Positions 13,045 through 26,074 of a stretch of DNA of 64,000 nt are shown here, piece by piece. This stretch comes from Octopus bimaculoides (lineage: Eukaryota): positions 135,752,681 to 135,816,680 of the forward strand of contig NC_068981.1 in the NCBI RefSeq assembly GCF_001194135.2. Reading direction: 5' to 3'. The notes under the pieces are model-generated. The model was given only the letters and a program-made list of their open reading frames with translations, ran no database searches and was not told where the DNA came from. A program made the position numbers and the translations under genes. Within the stretch, counting starts at the first letter, position 1; each line of letters starts with the position of its first letter.

Positions 13045-13875
13045 TTTCAAATTTTGGCACAAGGCCAGCAATTTCGGAGGTGGGGGTTAGTCGATTACAT
13101 AGACCTCAGTGCTCAACTTGTATTTATTTTACTGATCGCGAAAGGATAAAATGTAAAAGTCAACCACATTGGAATTTGAACTCAGAACGTAAAGACGGGC
13201 GAAATGTCACTAAACATCTTGCCCGGCGTGCTTACGATTCTTTTCTACTCTAGGCACAAGGCCTGAAATTTCTGGAGAGGGGCCAGTCGATTAGATCGCC
13301 CCAGTACACAACTGGTACCCAATTTATCGACCCCGAAAGTCATGAAAAGCGAAGTCGACCTCGACGGAATTTGAACTCAGAACGTAAAGACAGACGAAAT
13401 ACCGCTAAGCATTTCACCCGATGTGCTAACGTTTCTTATTTCTTTATTGCCCACAAGGGGCTAAACATAGAGGGGACAAACAAGGACAGACAAAGGGATT
13501 AAGTCGATTACATCGACCTCAGTGCATAACTGGTACTTAATTTATCGACCCCGAAAGGATGAAAGGCAAAGTCGACCTCGGCAGAATTTGAACTCAGAAT
13601 ATAACGGCTGACGAAATACCGCTAAGCATTTCGCCCGGCGTGCCAACGTTTCTTATTTCTTTATTGCCCACAAGGGGCTAAACATAAAAGGGACAAAAAA
13701 GGACAGACAATGCGTAACGACCCCAGTGCGTAACTGATATTTAATTTATCGACCTCGAAAGGACGAAAGGCAGAGTAGACCTCGGCGGAATTTGAACTCA
13801 GAACGTAACGGCTGACGAAATACCGCTAAGCATTTCGCCCGGTGTGCCAACGTTTCTGCCAGCTCACCGCCTTAT
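13045..13875 (-). mobile_element. head-to-tail run of four SINE S1 units; the last two carry tail type B
   Basis: Repeated GAATTTGAACTCAGAAC cores. Tail B (TCTTTATTGCCCACAAGGGGCTAAACATA) at about 13441 and 13657. Confidence 0.85.
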
Positions 13876-14369
13876 GCTTAGCGATTCTGCCAGCTTAGCA
13901 TTCTAATGCTGACGTTTAATAATGCGTAAAATTTTCACCAGGAAATATCGTTGTCTTGGGGATCAATATTACTTGAAAATGATATAACCGCTGTGTCACT
14001 GTGTTTGTGTCTCAAGTGGGGAAGAGAGTAGAAGAAAAAAAATGAAGTGGAATCCAAAGCAAAAACAATACATCAGTATAAAGAAACTTCATCACATTCC
14101 AGCGAGTAAGTCTCGACGCGGTCCCTCAATCTGTTAGAAATTGCAACCAAATCAAGCCTCGAATAAAACCTTACTGTCATTTGAAGCGAAAGAGAGAAGG
14201 AGAAAGAGGGGGAAAAAGAGAAGAGAGGAGAAGAGAGAGAGAGAAAGAGTGAGAGAGAAAAGAATATATAGGATAAGGAAGTCCTAGATACACGTTCTCA
14301 AGTCCGTTAAGAATAGCAACCTAGTCAAGCCTCAGACAAAACCTTGCTGTTTTTTGAAGGGAAAAGAAG

Positions 14370-14384
<15 letters not shown>

Positions 14385-14445
<61 letters not shown>
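14385..14445. repeat. (GA)n microsatellite
   Basis: Seen directly. Confidence 0.95.
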
Positions 14446-14450
<5 letters not shown>

Positions 14451-14659
14451 AGAGAGAACATATCAGACAACGGGAAAGAATACAGCAGTAAGTGATGGTC
14501 TTGGCTGGAACGCCTTTGATCATTTGTCTAACCAATAAGCGCAGTAGCAATGGGGGCAATAATAGCTGTCCAATAAAAACATTAAGACAACTACTTATAA
14601 GTTCGGATTCGATTTATGAAATAAATATGGAGACAGTTATTGAAGTCTAACACTTAAGA

Positions 14660-15030
14660 CGGAGGCATGACTGTGGTTAAGAAATTCGCTTCTGAATCAT
14701 GTGGTTTTGAGTTCAGTCCCACTGCATGGCATCTTGGGCATGCTTGTGAGTGAAGTGGGTAAATGAAAATTGTGGAGGAGCCTGTCATGTGCATGTGAGT
14801 GTGTGTGCTTGTGTGTGCTTGTGTGTGTGTGTGTGTGTGTGTGTGTGTCTGTTTGTTTCCTCACCGCTTCACGACCGGTGTCAGTTTGTTTACGTACGGT
14901 TTGGCAAAAGAGACAGATAGAATAAGAACCACACTTAAAAAAGTATGTGTTGGGGTCGATTTGATCGGCAAACCCTATACAGCGGTGCTTCAGCCTTGCC
15001 ACGGGTCAAATACTACAACAAGTAAATGAA
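14660..15030 (+). mobile_element. SINE S2, diverged
   Basis: GAGTTCAGTCCCACTGCATGGCATCTTGGGCA head and (TG)n core. Confidence 0.75.
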
Positions 15031-15774
15031 TAAATACATAGTGTATTTCAATACATCATGTTCTGAAGTCTAAATGTTTGAGTGCCTAATATACTTAAGC
15101 CTAATGCTTATTTTCAACACTTTCGCTCTCGTCCACGACCATAGAGCAGCAAACTCAGCGGCTTAATAGAGACCCTAGGTTCAACTTGAAATATCACCTG
15201 AAAACCGTTGGTCAGAATACGGAGCAACGTTTTACATAAATAACGCTTCGTGAATTTGAACATGAACATGCAAGAGCGGGAAAACACGTTTATAGTTACA
15301 AAAATAAAATTCCGAACCGACAACGGTGACTCTACTAGTTTATATAAAACACACCAAGTAGTACTAAAAGATATTGTGAAATAGTTCAGCTGAATCCATT
15401 GTCTGTACTCAAAAGTATTTAGATCAAGATCAACAATAACCAAAGCTACGCTAATTCATGACGTCAGTGACACGTCGTTCTCACGCGTTAAATACTCTAG
15501 ACTAAAAAAACTTGTTTTGTTCTTAAAACAATAACTTTTCACTGCAAAGCTGCGCCTAGTTTCACTTCAATATGATTGTTATTACACTCTGAAATTATTT
15601 AATACTTGAATGGAAATTGTTCATCAGAAAAATGCAGTGTCATTGATTAGTTAACAGTGAACAAGGCCAATTCAGACAACCTACTACCTTCACCTAGTTT
15701 ATGCTATTTTTATTCTCTGATAAAAAAAAAACAAAAAAAAACTGGAGCGTCTCTTCTGTTATATCGTTCAGGGA

Positions 15775-16640
15775 AGGCGGTAAGCTGGCAAAATCGTTAG
15801 AGCGAAAGGGGAAAAAAAACACACTGTAGTATTTCTTCCTGCTCTACGTTCTGAGTTCAAATTCTGGCAAGGTCGACTTTGCCTTTTATTACTTCGAGTT
15901 ACATAAAATAAATACCAACTGAATACTGGGACAATGTAAGCAATTAGCCCACTCCCAATAAAACTGCAGGCTTTGTGCCAAAATTTGAAACCATGAGGCT
16001 ATGAGCTGGCGGATTCGTTAGCACGTCGGGGGTAGAAAAAATTGCTTGGCGGTATCTTATCATGGCTCTTTGTATTCTGAGGTCAAATGACGCCGAAGTC
16101 GATTTTGCCGATGATCCTTTTGGAGTCGAGATAATAAATACCAGTTGAACACTGGCTTTGTTGTAATCGACTCGATCTGACTAAACCCTTTCCTAAAATC
16201 ACTGGCCTTGCGTCAAGTTTTGAAATCATTATATCGTTGAGAATAAATCGATAATCGATCGGGGCGATTAACATCTGTCCGTCGTAAAGCCTTTTCTACC
16301 ATCGAAGTAATGTTTGGAAAAGAATCAAGAGACGTTAGTGCAAAGAAAGGGGATCAAACACACCTAAATGTTTAAGCAACCCTTTTGATACCAAACCAAC
16401 TGATGCCACACCGGTACTATAATACAATTAAAAGCAACGAGTAAGTAGAGTCGTTAGCACGCCGGGCAAAATGCTCCGGCATTTCGTCCGTCATTATGTT
16501 CTGAGTTCAAATTCCGCTGTGGTTGACTTTGCTTTCATCCTTTCGGGTTCGATAAAATATGTATCAGTATTCACTGGGGCCGATGTAATCGACTAATACC
16601 CTCTACCAAAATTGCTGGCCTTGTGCCAAAATTTGAAATC
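15775..16640 (+). mobile_element. three SINE S1 copies (about 15775-15990, 16000-16225, 16445-16640)
   Basis: GAGTTCAAATTC core and GGCCTTGTGCCAAAATTTGAAA tail. Confidence 0.75.
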
Positions 16641-16844
16641 GATATCCTGATACAATTTTTGTATCTTAAAGTGATCTAGATTAAAACCTTTCATGAAAAC
16701 TTTATGTTAATTTATGTTAATTTATGTTAATGTACCAAACCCTAGCTTAAGAAGGTAAAGTGTTTTTACGAAATTCTTTGTTATTTTCAAAATTAACGGA
16801 AGTAAAAGTATCAGGACTAATATTTGAAGATCTTTATCTTTTAT

Positions 16845-17200
16845 TTTGTTCTTGTTTCAGACATTGGATTGCGACCATGCTGGGGCACCGCCTTGACGGG
16901 TTTTAGTCGAACAAATCGACTCCAGTATTCATTTCCTTAAAAGCCTGGCACTTGTACTATCGGACCCTTTGCCGAACCGATTAGTTACGGGGACGTGAAC
17001 AAACCAACACCGGTTGTCAAACGGTGGGTGTGAAGGGAGAGGGACAACACACACACATACACAAACGCCCACACACATGTACGATGTGCTACCATATAGT
17101 TTCCGTCTACCAAATCCACACGTAAGGCATTGAACTGGCGGGACCGAACTCCAGATTCCGTGGCTGCAAAGCAAGCTTCTTAACCACACAACCATGCCTG
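16845..17200 (-). mobile_element. SINE S2
   Basis: Reverse match to 10977-11385. Confidence 0.75.
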
Positions 17201-17544
17201 CGTCTACAGTCGGTTTTTTTGGTGGTGATGGTGGCGGCGCGGTATAGTCATATAAAGCGGGGTTTGTAGGATAAAGGATCAGAGTCTGAAATTTGCCAAA
17301 ACACAAAAATAATACAAAGAAACTCATAAAACTTTGGTGGACCTAAGACTCTGGAAGGTGTTTCCCTGAGGAACCATGCTTGGATTTGAAACTGAAACTG
17401 AAACTAGGTTGCAGCGAAGCGAACTTCTGAACTATGTAACTATATCTATTGAGTTTAACTCCAAAATAATGTCGTCTGAAATTAATTGCTGGTGTACGAA
17501 GCAGCTTCGAATGAAATACACGTGTGTATGTACAATAATATTCT

Positions 17545-17755
17545 TTTCTACTCTAGACACAAGGCCCGAAATTTTGGGGGAGGGGGCAGTCGATTACATC
17601 GACCCCAGTACGCAACTGGTACTTAATTTATCGACCTCGAAAGGATGAAGGGCAAAGTCCACCTCGGCGGAATTTGAACTCAGAATTTAACGACAGACGA
17701 AACACCGCTAAGCATTTCGCCCGGCGTGCTAACGTTCCTGCCAGCTCGCCGCCTG
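17545..17755 (-). mobile_element. SINE S1, young full-length copy
   Basis: Complete head-to-tail consensus. Confidence 0.85.
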
Positions 17756-18451
17756 TATGTGCAATAATATTGAACAAGGTCATGTGCACTCGGACGTGCG
17801 AAGACCTTTCATTACAGAAATTTCACTTCATAGGCAACGTGTAAAACGGGGAAATTTCTCTTCATAGGTAACGTGTTAAACGGGGTGTCAAAACATACCT
17901 CACGACTATGAATGACGTCGTAGATCATTGGGCACATGCTCTTCTCTATCGTTACGCTTTATCAGCTACGAACAGCGACGTATGAAATAATTTCTGAAAA
18001 CATTTGTGAACGTTATAGAATATGAGATACAGTTGTGGAAGGACTTCTTTGTGACTCAGTGTTAATTTCTCTTAAAACTGTTTCCCTTTACCCATCCAAG
18101 GAAACTTTATTTGGTCGCTCCACCTGCTAGAAATTGCTGTTAAATCTTCTTCAAATCATATACTCCCGTCTTTGAAATGTAGGACTCATTGGGCAATGTG
18201 TTCAAGTGTGCAAGATGCATGAGAAAAATCGTGTTGGTTACGCATTTGACCATAGGGCCGATAAATTAGGTCAGTCTGACAAGGGTTAAAAATCAGCTGA
18301 CGTTTTGGGAAACATGAAAATGAACATGTCACTTGTTGCACAAATAACTACCGTTTTTGATGGTATATAAGACGCATTTTTTCCCCATACAAATGTATCA
18401 AATACCTCATCCTGACTCCTATATGTGAAGTTGGGCTTATATTACATGCTT

Positions 18452-18842
18452 AGTTGTTGGCACTCCGTCGCTTACGACGTCGAGGGTTACAGTTGATCCG
18501 ATCAACGGAACAGCCTGCTCGTGAAATTAACTTGCAAGTGGCTGAGCACTCCACAGACACGTGTACCCTTAACGTAGTTCTCGGGGATATTCAGCGTGAC
18601 ACAGTGTGACAAGGCTGGCCCTTTGAATTACAGGTACAACAGAAACAGGAAGAAAGAGGGAGAGAAAGTTGTGGTGAAAGAGTACAGCAGGGTTCGCCAC
18701 CATCCCCTGCCGGAGCCTCGTGGAGCTTTTAGGTATTTTCGCTCAATAAACACTCACAACGTCCGGTCTGGTCTGGGAATCGAAACCGCGATCCTATGAC
18801 TGCGAGTCCACTGCTCTAACCACTGGGCCATTGCGCCTCGAC
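18452..18842 (-). mobile_element. SINE family S3 (tRNA head, 3' end GACGGAGTGCCAACAAC, RTE-like)
   Basis: Near-identical to 36219-36604. TSD ATTACATGCTT at 18441-18451 and 18843-18853. Confidence 0.9.
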
Positions 18843-20464
18843 ATTACATGCTTTAATACGTTAAAAACATTTTTTCTACAAACTATGAATCGTGGTATAA
18901 TTTTGAAAGGATCAGGAAAACAAAATTCTTTGCATTTAGATATATAGAGTAGCATTTTCCAAACTATAAGTTGCAGTAGTACTTTTGAAAGGATCGTGAA
19001 AAAAAGTTTATATTTGAAATATTTGATAAAATATAAAATGTTCGTGAATGATACACAAGAAACCACAAGTATCAGAGCTACTTTGTATGTGGATAAATGT
19101 TCTTGGTTCATACCCCATCAATGTCATCTTTGATTTTTATCTCTATGGTGGTCGGTATAATAAGAACCAGTCAAGTACTGAAGTCGATAAAGTAAACTAT
19201 ACCCTTTTCCTTATGTTATAAATCAATAATTCTTTGTCGTAATTTTAGTTATGTTTATGTTCTCAAAGATGTAGAAGTTGTCACTATATTTATCGAGTGC
19301 AAATGTCATAGCTTGTCTTCCTCGAATGAAATAATAATTGTGACTGTTTTGAGAAATGGAGACTCCAGGCCTTATCTTTTGTGAAGATATCTTCATGACA
19401 CATTAATTTCAACTCGATATGAATTTCCTTTCTTTGGAATTTTACGCCTGGAGGCTAAATGAAACCAATTATAATGAATGGATCTAAGAGTGAAAACCGT
19501 ACATCTCGCACTTATCAAAATGTAAACGTAAAACGCTTCCAGTTCCGAGCATCTACTTATAACTTGTAGAGGATGCAACACACACANNNNNNNNNNNNNN
19601 NNNNNNNNNNNNNNNNNNNNNNNNNNNNNNNNNNNNNNNNNNNNNNNNNNNNNNNNNNNNNNNNNNNNNNNNNNNNNNNNNNNNNNNNNNNNNNNNNNNN
19701 NNNNNNNNNNNNNNNNNNNNNNNNNNNNNNNNNNNNNNNNNNNNNNNNNNNNNNNNNNNNNNNNNNNNNNNNNNNNNNNNNNNNNNNNNNNNNNNNNNNN
19801 NNNNNNNNNNNNNNNNNNNNNNNNNNNNNNNNNNNNNNNNNNNNNNNNNNNNNNNNNNNNNNNNNNNNNNNNNNNNNNNNNNNNNNNNNNNNNNNNNNNN
19901 NNNNNNNNNNNNNNNNNNNNNNNNNNNNNNNNNNNNNNNNNNNNNNNNNNNNNNNNNNNNNNNNNNNNNNNNNNNNNNNNNNNNNNNNNNNNNNNNNNNN
20001 NNNNNNNNNNNNNNNNNNNNNNNNNNNNNNNNNNNNNNNNNNNNNNNNNNNNNNNNNNNNNNNNNNNNNNNNNNNNNNNNNNNNNNNNTATATATATATA
20101 TATATCTTTGTTTATTACTGCTTCATTCATCACTAATCTAGTAACACGGTACGCTCAATTGTGGGCTTTACGTTTATTAAGAATTAACCCTTGATCACAT
20201 GGGTCGGCGATCTTTCAAAGATTCTACGTGGACCGTAAAGGTGCGCCCTAGCGACAATCCACAAAACAACTTGGAGGTCTCGGAACGAAATATATTCCAC
20301 CCCCACATGTTTCTCTATTGTTCCTTTCTCACTGATTCATTTAATACGATGTTTTTTCTTTTAATCCTAAAGGAGGATAGGTGTATATATACTCACAGAA
20401 AATGAACCTTTGTTTAACCGCACTGACAAAGGAGAAGGGCGTCTCTTTTAACTGATTGTTTGAA

Positions 20465-21075
20465 TTACTATATTGGTTTCAAAATTTGGCACAAGGCCAG
20501 TGATTTAAGGAACAGGGGTAAGTCGATTACATCGATCCAGCTGGTACTTATTTTATCGACCTCGGAAGGATGAAAGGCAATGTCAATCACGTCGGAATTT
20601 GAACTCAGAACTTAGCAACGGGCGAAATACTGCTAAGCATTTCGTCCGGCGCGCTACCAATTCTGTCAGCTCCCTGCCTTAATAATAATGGTAATAATCC
20701 TTTCTCCTAAAGGCACAAGGCCTGAAATTTTCGGTGGAAGGGTATTAGTCGAATACATTGACCCCAGTGATATCTTGCTACTTATCGACCCTGAAAAGAT
20801 GAAAGGCAAAGTCGACCACGACGGAATTTGAACTCAGAACGTAAGGACAGACGAAATGCCGCTAAGCGTTTTGCCCAGCGTGCAAAAATGCGTTGTACCT
20901 GTATTTAAAAGGGCAAAGCTTTATCACACTCTGTGTCACTCTGAATCTCCCTGAACGTTAAGGGTACGCATGTCTGTGGAGCGCTCAGCCACTTGCAGGT
21001 TAATTCCATGAGCAAGCTGTTCTGTTAATCGGATCAACTGGAGCTCATCGTCGTAATCGACGGAGAGCCAGTGTT
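20465..21075. mobile_element. two SINE S1 minus-strand copies and the 3' half of SINE S3
   Basis: Similarity to other copies. Confidence 0.75.
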
Positions 21076-22764
21076 TTTTTTTTATATGTACGCATGTAAG
21101 TGTGTGTGTATATATATATATGTATTTATATTTATATAAGGGCACATCCATATATGCATAAATGTTATGATAATTGTTCCTCATACAAGACATCATGTGT
21201 ACAACAATGGCAATAGTGACATATGCCTGTTCACGTATACTGGTCTCTAAACATCCATAGTTGAATAACCAGTGACGGGAAAGAGCAAGATGAGCTGGAA
21301 ATATTTTCAACCACAAGTTTTATATGAGGGGTTCTTTTTCTGAACTTTGCTATCAAAAATACCTACAACTCAGTAGGGGATTGATTTTGTAGCTTTCCTT
21401 CGGCAAGTGGTTTTACTACGCGTCAATCTACGAAATCTAGGTATTTTCTACGCCTCCGCACGTGCATGCTTACATACATACATACATGCATACACATACA
21501 TTCACACAATGCGTACATGAATATGTATGCATACATAAATAACACACCTATATATGCATACATACATAATGCATACATGCATACATACATGCTTTCACGA
21601 ACACAGTAGGTACACTCACTAATATATTTTATGTATGCGCAATAATAGAAACGCATACATACAAACACGCACACACACACGTGCACACACGCACATGCAC
21701 CGCACACGCGCACGCGCACACGCACGCGCACACGCACACATACATACACGGAGACGTTTTCCAAAGCTTACACTCTAACATTCAAATACTGCTACTATTG
21801 TTCGTCATAAAATCGGATTTTCTCAGTAATAAATCTATCCTTCTTCCCTCTTTCTGCAACCATCCTACTGTCGAATGTATATCGATATTTCTATAGCTGT
21901 CACAAACAACTTAACTCGGTTATTTCCAGCCAGTCATTTTCAGCCAGTCATTCCCACATAAAGCGACTGCATCCAACCTTGCCACTAAATAGCTATTCAT
22001 TTCAACATAAAAAGCTGAAGCTCCTGCAAGTTGTAGCATTATCAAAGTTGTAACTTCCATGCGCTGTACTTCCCATAAGTGGTTTCCATACACTGAAGCT
22101 TTAATAAAAAATCCTGGGATTACACAAAATCGATAATTTATATTTACATAATATCCGAACCAACTACATCCATCCGTACTACTAACAAGCTATCAATTTC
22201 CATATAAAATTTGAAGTTTTCACAAGCTGTAATTTTGCCGTTCCGAAGCTTCAAATAACAATCAGATAACGTATAACGGCCATCTATAATGTAAATATCT
22301 ATAGTTGTAATAAATACTACAGTAGCTGTTCTTGATGGTGTTGTTGAGACCACGCTAACCCTGGTCAGGCAGAAAACCTACGATCAAAGACATTCCAGCC
22401 GTAGCTAAGCCGTTGTATTAACGATGTGCAGGAATACGTTATCTAATGTAACTTTTCCCTTATTTAAAACGGTGGGCAATAATTTGAGTGAGATTTGGCT
22501 GCTATTTCTAAACAAATCGAGCGGTGTCGTAAAATCTGTCTTGTTAGTATTGCCGTTGTTTGTCGTCGAACCGACAAAGCTGTCGAGATGGCACAAATTC
22601 TAAACGCGTTACTGATAGACAAGGCTCATGTCGAACGCTTTTGATTTTCGTTGGCCGAATCTGCCAACCTAAAATTAAGGTGATCTTGTTGTCATCGTCG
22701 TTGTTGTTGTAAAGTTGGGCCGAGTGAGCCCTGATTTAGCAAGTCTGTGGCACGTAGGTAGTTT

Positions 22765-22812
22765 TGATCGAACAGTAGTTTGATCGAACAGTAGTTTGAT
22801 CGAACAGTAGTT
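22765..22812. repeat. 16-bp tandem repeat x3 (TGATCGAACAGTAGTT)
   Basis: Three exact adjacent copies. Confidence 0.9.
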
Positions 22813-23634
22813 TTGATACAACCAACGGATGTCTTTCTTTTCTACTATAGGCACAAGGCCTGAAAGTTGGGGGAGGGGGATAGTCTATTTCCTCGACCCC
22901 AGTGCGTAACTGGTACTTATTTCCAACCCCGAAAGGATGAAAGGCAAAGTCGACCTCGGCGGAGGAACCGCTTTACGAGACATCAGGTTTACGAGTTTTA
23001 TTTTTCAAGCGCACGATCCAAATTTTGAACGAGGAGCAAAAGTTTCTACTACCATAAATGCTTCTGCATGTTACCGGGAAATCTATAGAGAGCTTCTTCT
23101 AAGCAAACAACTCAAGACTTGTTTTTTAAAAAGAGATCTACAGGTCCGTCTGCGAGTACCTGTGAATCAGCGATCGTGTCTACAAGCGATGGTGTGCGCG
23201 AGTCTAGTGCGAGTGTAAGTGATTCAGAAAACGATTATGATAATAATATCTTTTATTATAAATGATCTTCACATTCTTTTTACTTTACATAAAATATTCT
23301 TTACATTCTACTGTTGTTTTATTGCCATTTATTTACGAGTATTACAAATTTTATTGGTAAAATATTTTTCTGGGAACGAATTACGATTTATAACGTTGCT
23401 ACTATGGGAAATTATTGCTCTGCTTTACGATTTTTCGCTTTATGAGCGGTTTCTGCAATCAATACTGTATTTAATCGTTTAGAGTGCTGTGCAGCATTTT
23501 GGATATGTTATATTCTCGTCATTAACCCGTCAACCGTATGTGTGTATATTTATACGTGCGAGTGTATTTATATGTATGTGTGTACGTGTGTGTGTATTTA
23601 TGTGTGTCTGACAGTTACGTGTAATCAAGTCAAT

Positions 23635-23930
23635 GTGAAGATGCGTGGCTTAATGGTTAGAAGCTTAATAGCGTGGATCAGGATCGTAAAGTGTTGAGTT
23701 TGATTCTCGGGAGTCAGTTGTGTCCTCGAGCAAGACACATTATTTCATGTTGCCTCAGTCCACTCAGCCGGCAAAAATGAAATGTACCTGTACTTTAAAG
23801 GACCAGCCTTGTCACATTCTGTGTCACACTGAATCTCCCTGAGAACTACGTTAAGGATACGCGTGTCCATGGAGCGCTTAGCCACCTACACGTTAATTTC
23901 ACGAGCAGGCTGTTCTGTCGATCAGAGTGC
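23635..23930 (+). mobile_element. SINE S3-related copy with a variant head
   Basis: GAGAACTACGTTAAGGATACGCGTGTC...AATTTCACGAGCAGGCTGTT matches S3. Confidence 0.7.
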
Positions 23931-24663
23931 CAATCAAGTTAAAACAAAACGGGCGTTGTATGTGTTCATTGAATTAAAGATTAAAGATGGATCAATAAGT
24001 ATTAGAATCGATATGGCCGATTAAAAATTCATTGGCTGCAGTTCAGTGATAAGAACCAATAAAAGAGGAGGCACAAGGAGACAAATTTTGAGGGAGAAGT
24101 GTAATCGATTAAGCAGTCACCATTGTTTACCTGCTTATTTATTTATCGATGACAACAGGTTAAAAGGCGAATATGACTTCGATGAGAATTGAACTAAAAA
24201 GTTAATTGTCTGTTAATGAATTCCACAAGGCTTTAATTTCGACGTCCTAATGATTTTAGTTGCTACATTTAAAAGACAGAATTAAGTACGAGGCAAATAT
24301 AGAGCTTAGGCATGGCGACACGGCATACTAAAATTACCAGCCAAATTGCCGTCAAATTATAACCTACTGTTTTAGAAAGGATGCACACTGGAGGCTGAAC
24401 TACAAGCGGCTCTGAATAAGGCAAATATAGAAGAGCAGGGTTGATACATATTGATCTTTGGTTTCTCTGAAGGGAGCTGATTAGGGACCAAACATAGCAA
24501 CAACTATAAAGATTTTGTTAAGAGTAATTCTTCAGATTTTTGGCTGCTATTTTTAGCAGGTCTAGTGGTCATGTAAATTTTTCCATATCGCTTCTTAACC
24601 ATTGTCAATAGTGAAGATTGTATTGTTGACATCATAATAATTTAACCATACACCTGACAACAT

Positions 24664-24737
24664 GGCTCCATAGCTCAGTTGGTTAGAGCGCCAGTCTAGT
24701 AAACTGGAGGTCGAGTGTTCAAATCTCTCTGGAGCCT
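24664..24737 (+). tRNA. tRNA-Thr(AGT), near-intact
   Basis: Cloverleaf: GGCTCCA/TGGAGCC acceptor, GCTC/GAGC D-stem, CCAGT-CTAGTAA-ACTGG anticodon arm, GAGTG-TTCAAAT-CTCTC T-arm (T52.T62 mismatch). T-tracts downstream. Confidence 0.8.
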
Positions 24738-25419
24738 ACATAAAATAATTTTCTTTTTTTTCCTAAAAATTTATTGGTACTGATATTCATTTCTGAAATG
24801 CACACAAGGTCCACTGGTTGTTTTAGTAAATCCGATAGAATGAAAACACAAGCAGTTTGATACTGTTGTTGAAAGAGATACTTGGCTGCAATTTCCAGCA
24901 AATCCAGGGGTCATGTGAAGCTTTGTTCGTCATTTCGTTCCCTTTGTTAATGTTGAACAATATATTGTAATATCCAATACTTTCTGAGTTCAAATTCCGT
25001 CGAGGTCGACTTTGCCTTTCATCTTTTCGAGGTCGATAAACTAAGTACCAGTTGCGTACTGCAGTCGATCTAATCGACTGTCACCCCACTCCTAAAATTT
25101 CGGACCTTGTGCCTAGAGTAGAAAAAAATATCCACTACAACACACCATAAAGAAGACGACATTGTATCTTATGTTAAACTAGGAGTTAGTTACACCGATG
25201 TCTCTCCTGTAATTTTTACGGTAAATGAGAAAACGTTGTAGTAAGAATGTTCTGTTAAACTAATGTTAATAAAAATACCTGTGTAAAAATAGAGCCAATA
25301 GCGTATCATCAGGCAACAATGAACGTCATTATAATTTATAACTACAAATTGTTATTGTTCGTTACACACAGATATTGCGATTGTCAACATCATAACAATT
25401 CAAAGATCCCGACTTATCT

Positions 25420-25493
25420 GGTTCCGTGGCTCAATTTGATAGAGCGCCAGTTTAATAGACTATAGGTCATGTTCTCAAATCTCTCTGGATCCT
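25420..25493 (+). pseudogene. tRNA-Thr-derived pseudogene (loop TTAATAG)
   Basis: Colinear 74-nt match with broken anticodon and T stems. Confidence 0.75.
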
Positions 25494-26074
25494 TGTATTT
25501 TTTTTCTAAACATTACTTTTTTTTTTTGCTTTTTCTTTGCTGAAGATACAATGGTATTAATATTGGTTTCGAATTTAGGCACAAGGCCAGTAATTTCGAG
25601 GGAAGAGTAAGTCGATTACATCGATCCCAGTGTCCAACTGGTACTTGTTTTATCGCTTCCGAAAGGATGAAAGGTAAAGTCGAGTTCGGCGGAATTTGAA
25701 CTCCGAGCACGAAAACTGACGAAATGCCGCGAAGTACTTCGCCCGGCGTGCTAACGAATCTGCCAGCTCACCGCCTTTACAGATGCTAGCATTGACGATT
25801 GTATTGTAATGTCCAATACAACTTACCATAACAGGACTCGTTATATCTTATGTTGGACCTAGAGTTGTTACACTGTTATGTCTGTTTTCTCTAATCTCCA
25901 CTGTAGATAAGCACACGTTATAGTGAGTGTGTTTGCTAAATTAATATCAATAAAGATACTGGACTAAATTTAGCAATGACCTACGATAACAATGAACGTC
26001 ATAATAATTGATTTCAGGATAGGTTCACGTTACAATTATCGACGTCATTATAATTTAAACGTACACCGCGGCGT

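Noticed and set aside
22765-22812. Short direct repeats (and the 60-bp repeats at 53293) considered as CRISPR-like
   Set aside because: Contiguous tandem repeats without unique spacers, in a eukaryotic context.
22965-23530. Non-repetitive block possibly belonging to a DNA transposon
   Set aside because: No TIR pair, TSD or protein motif could be established.
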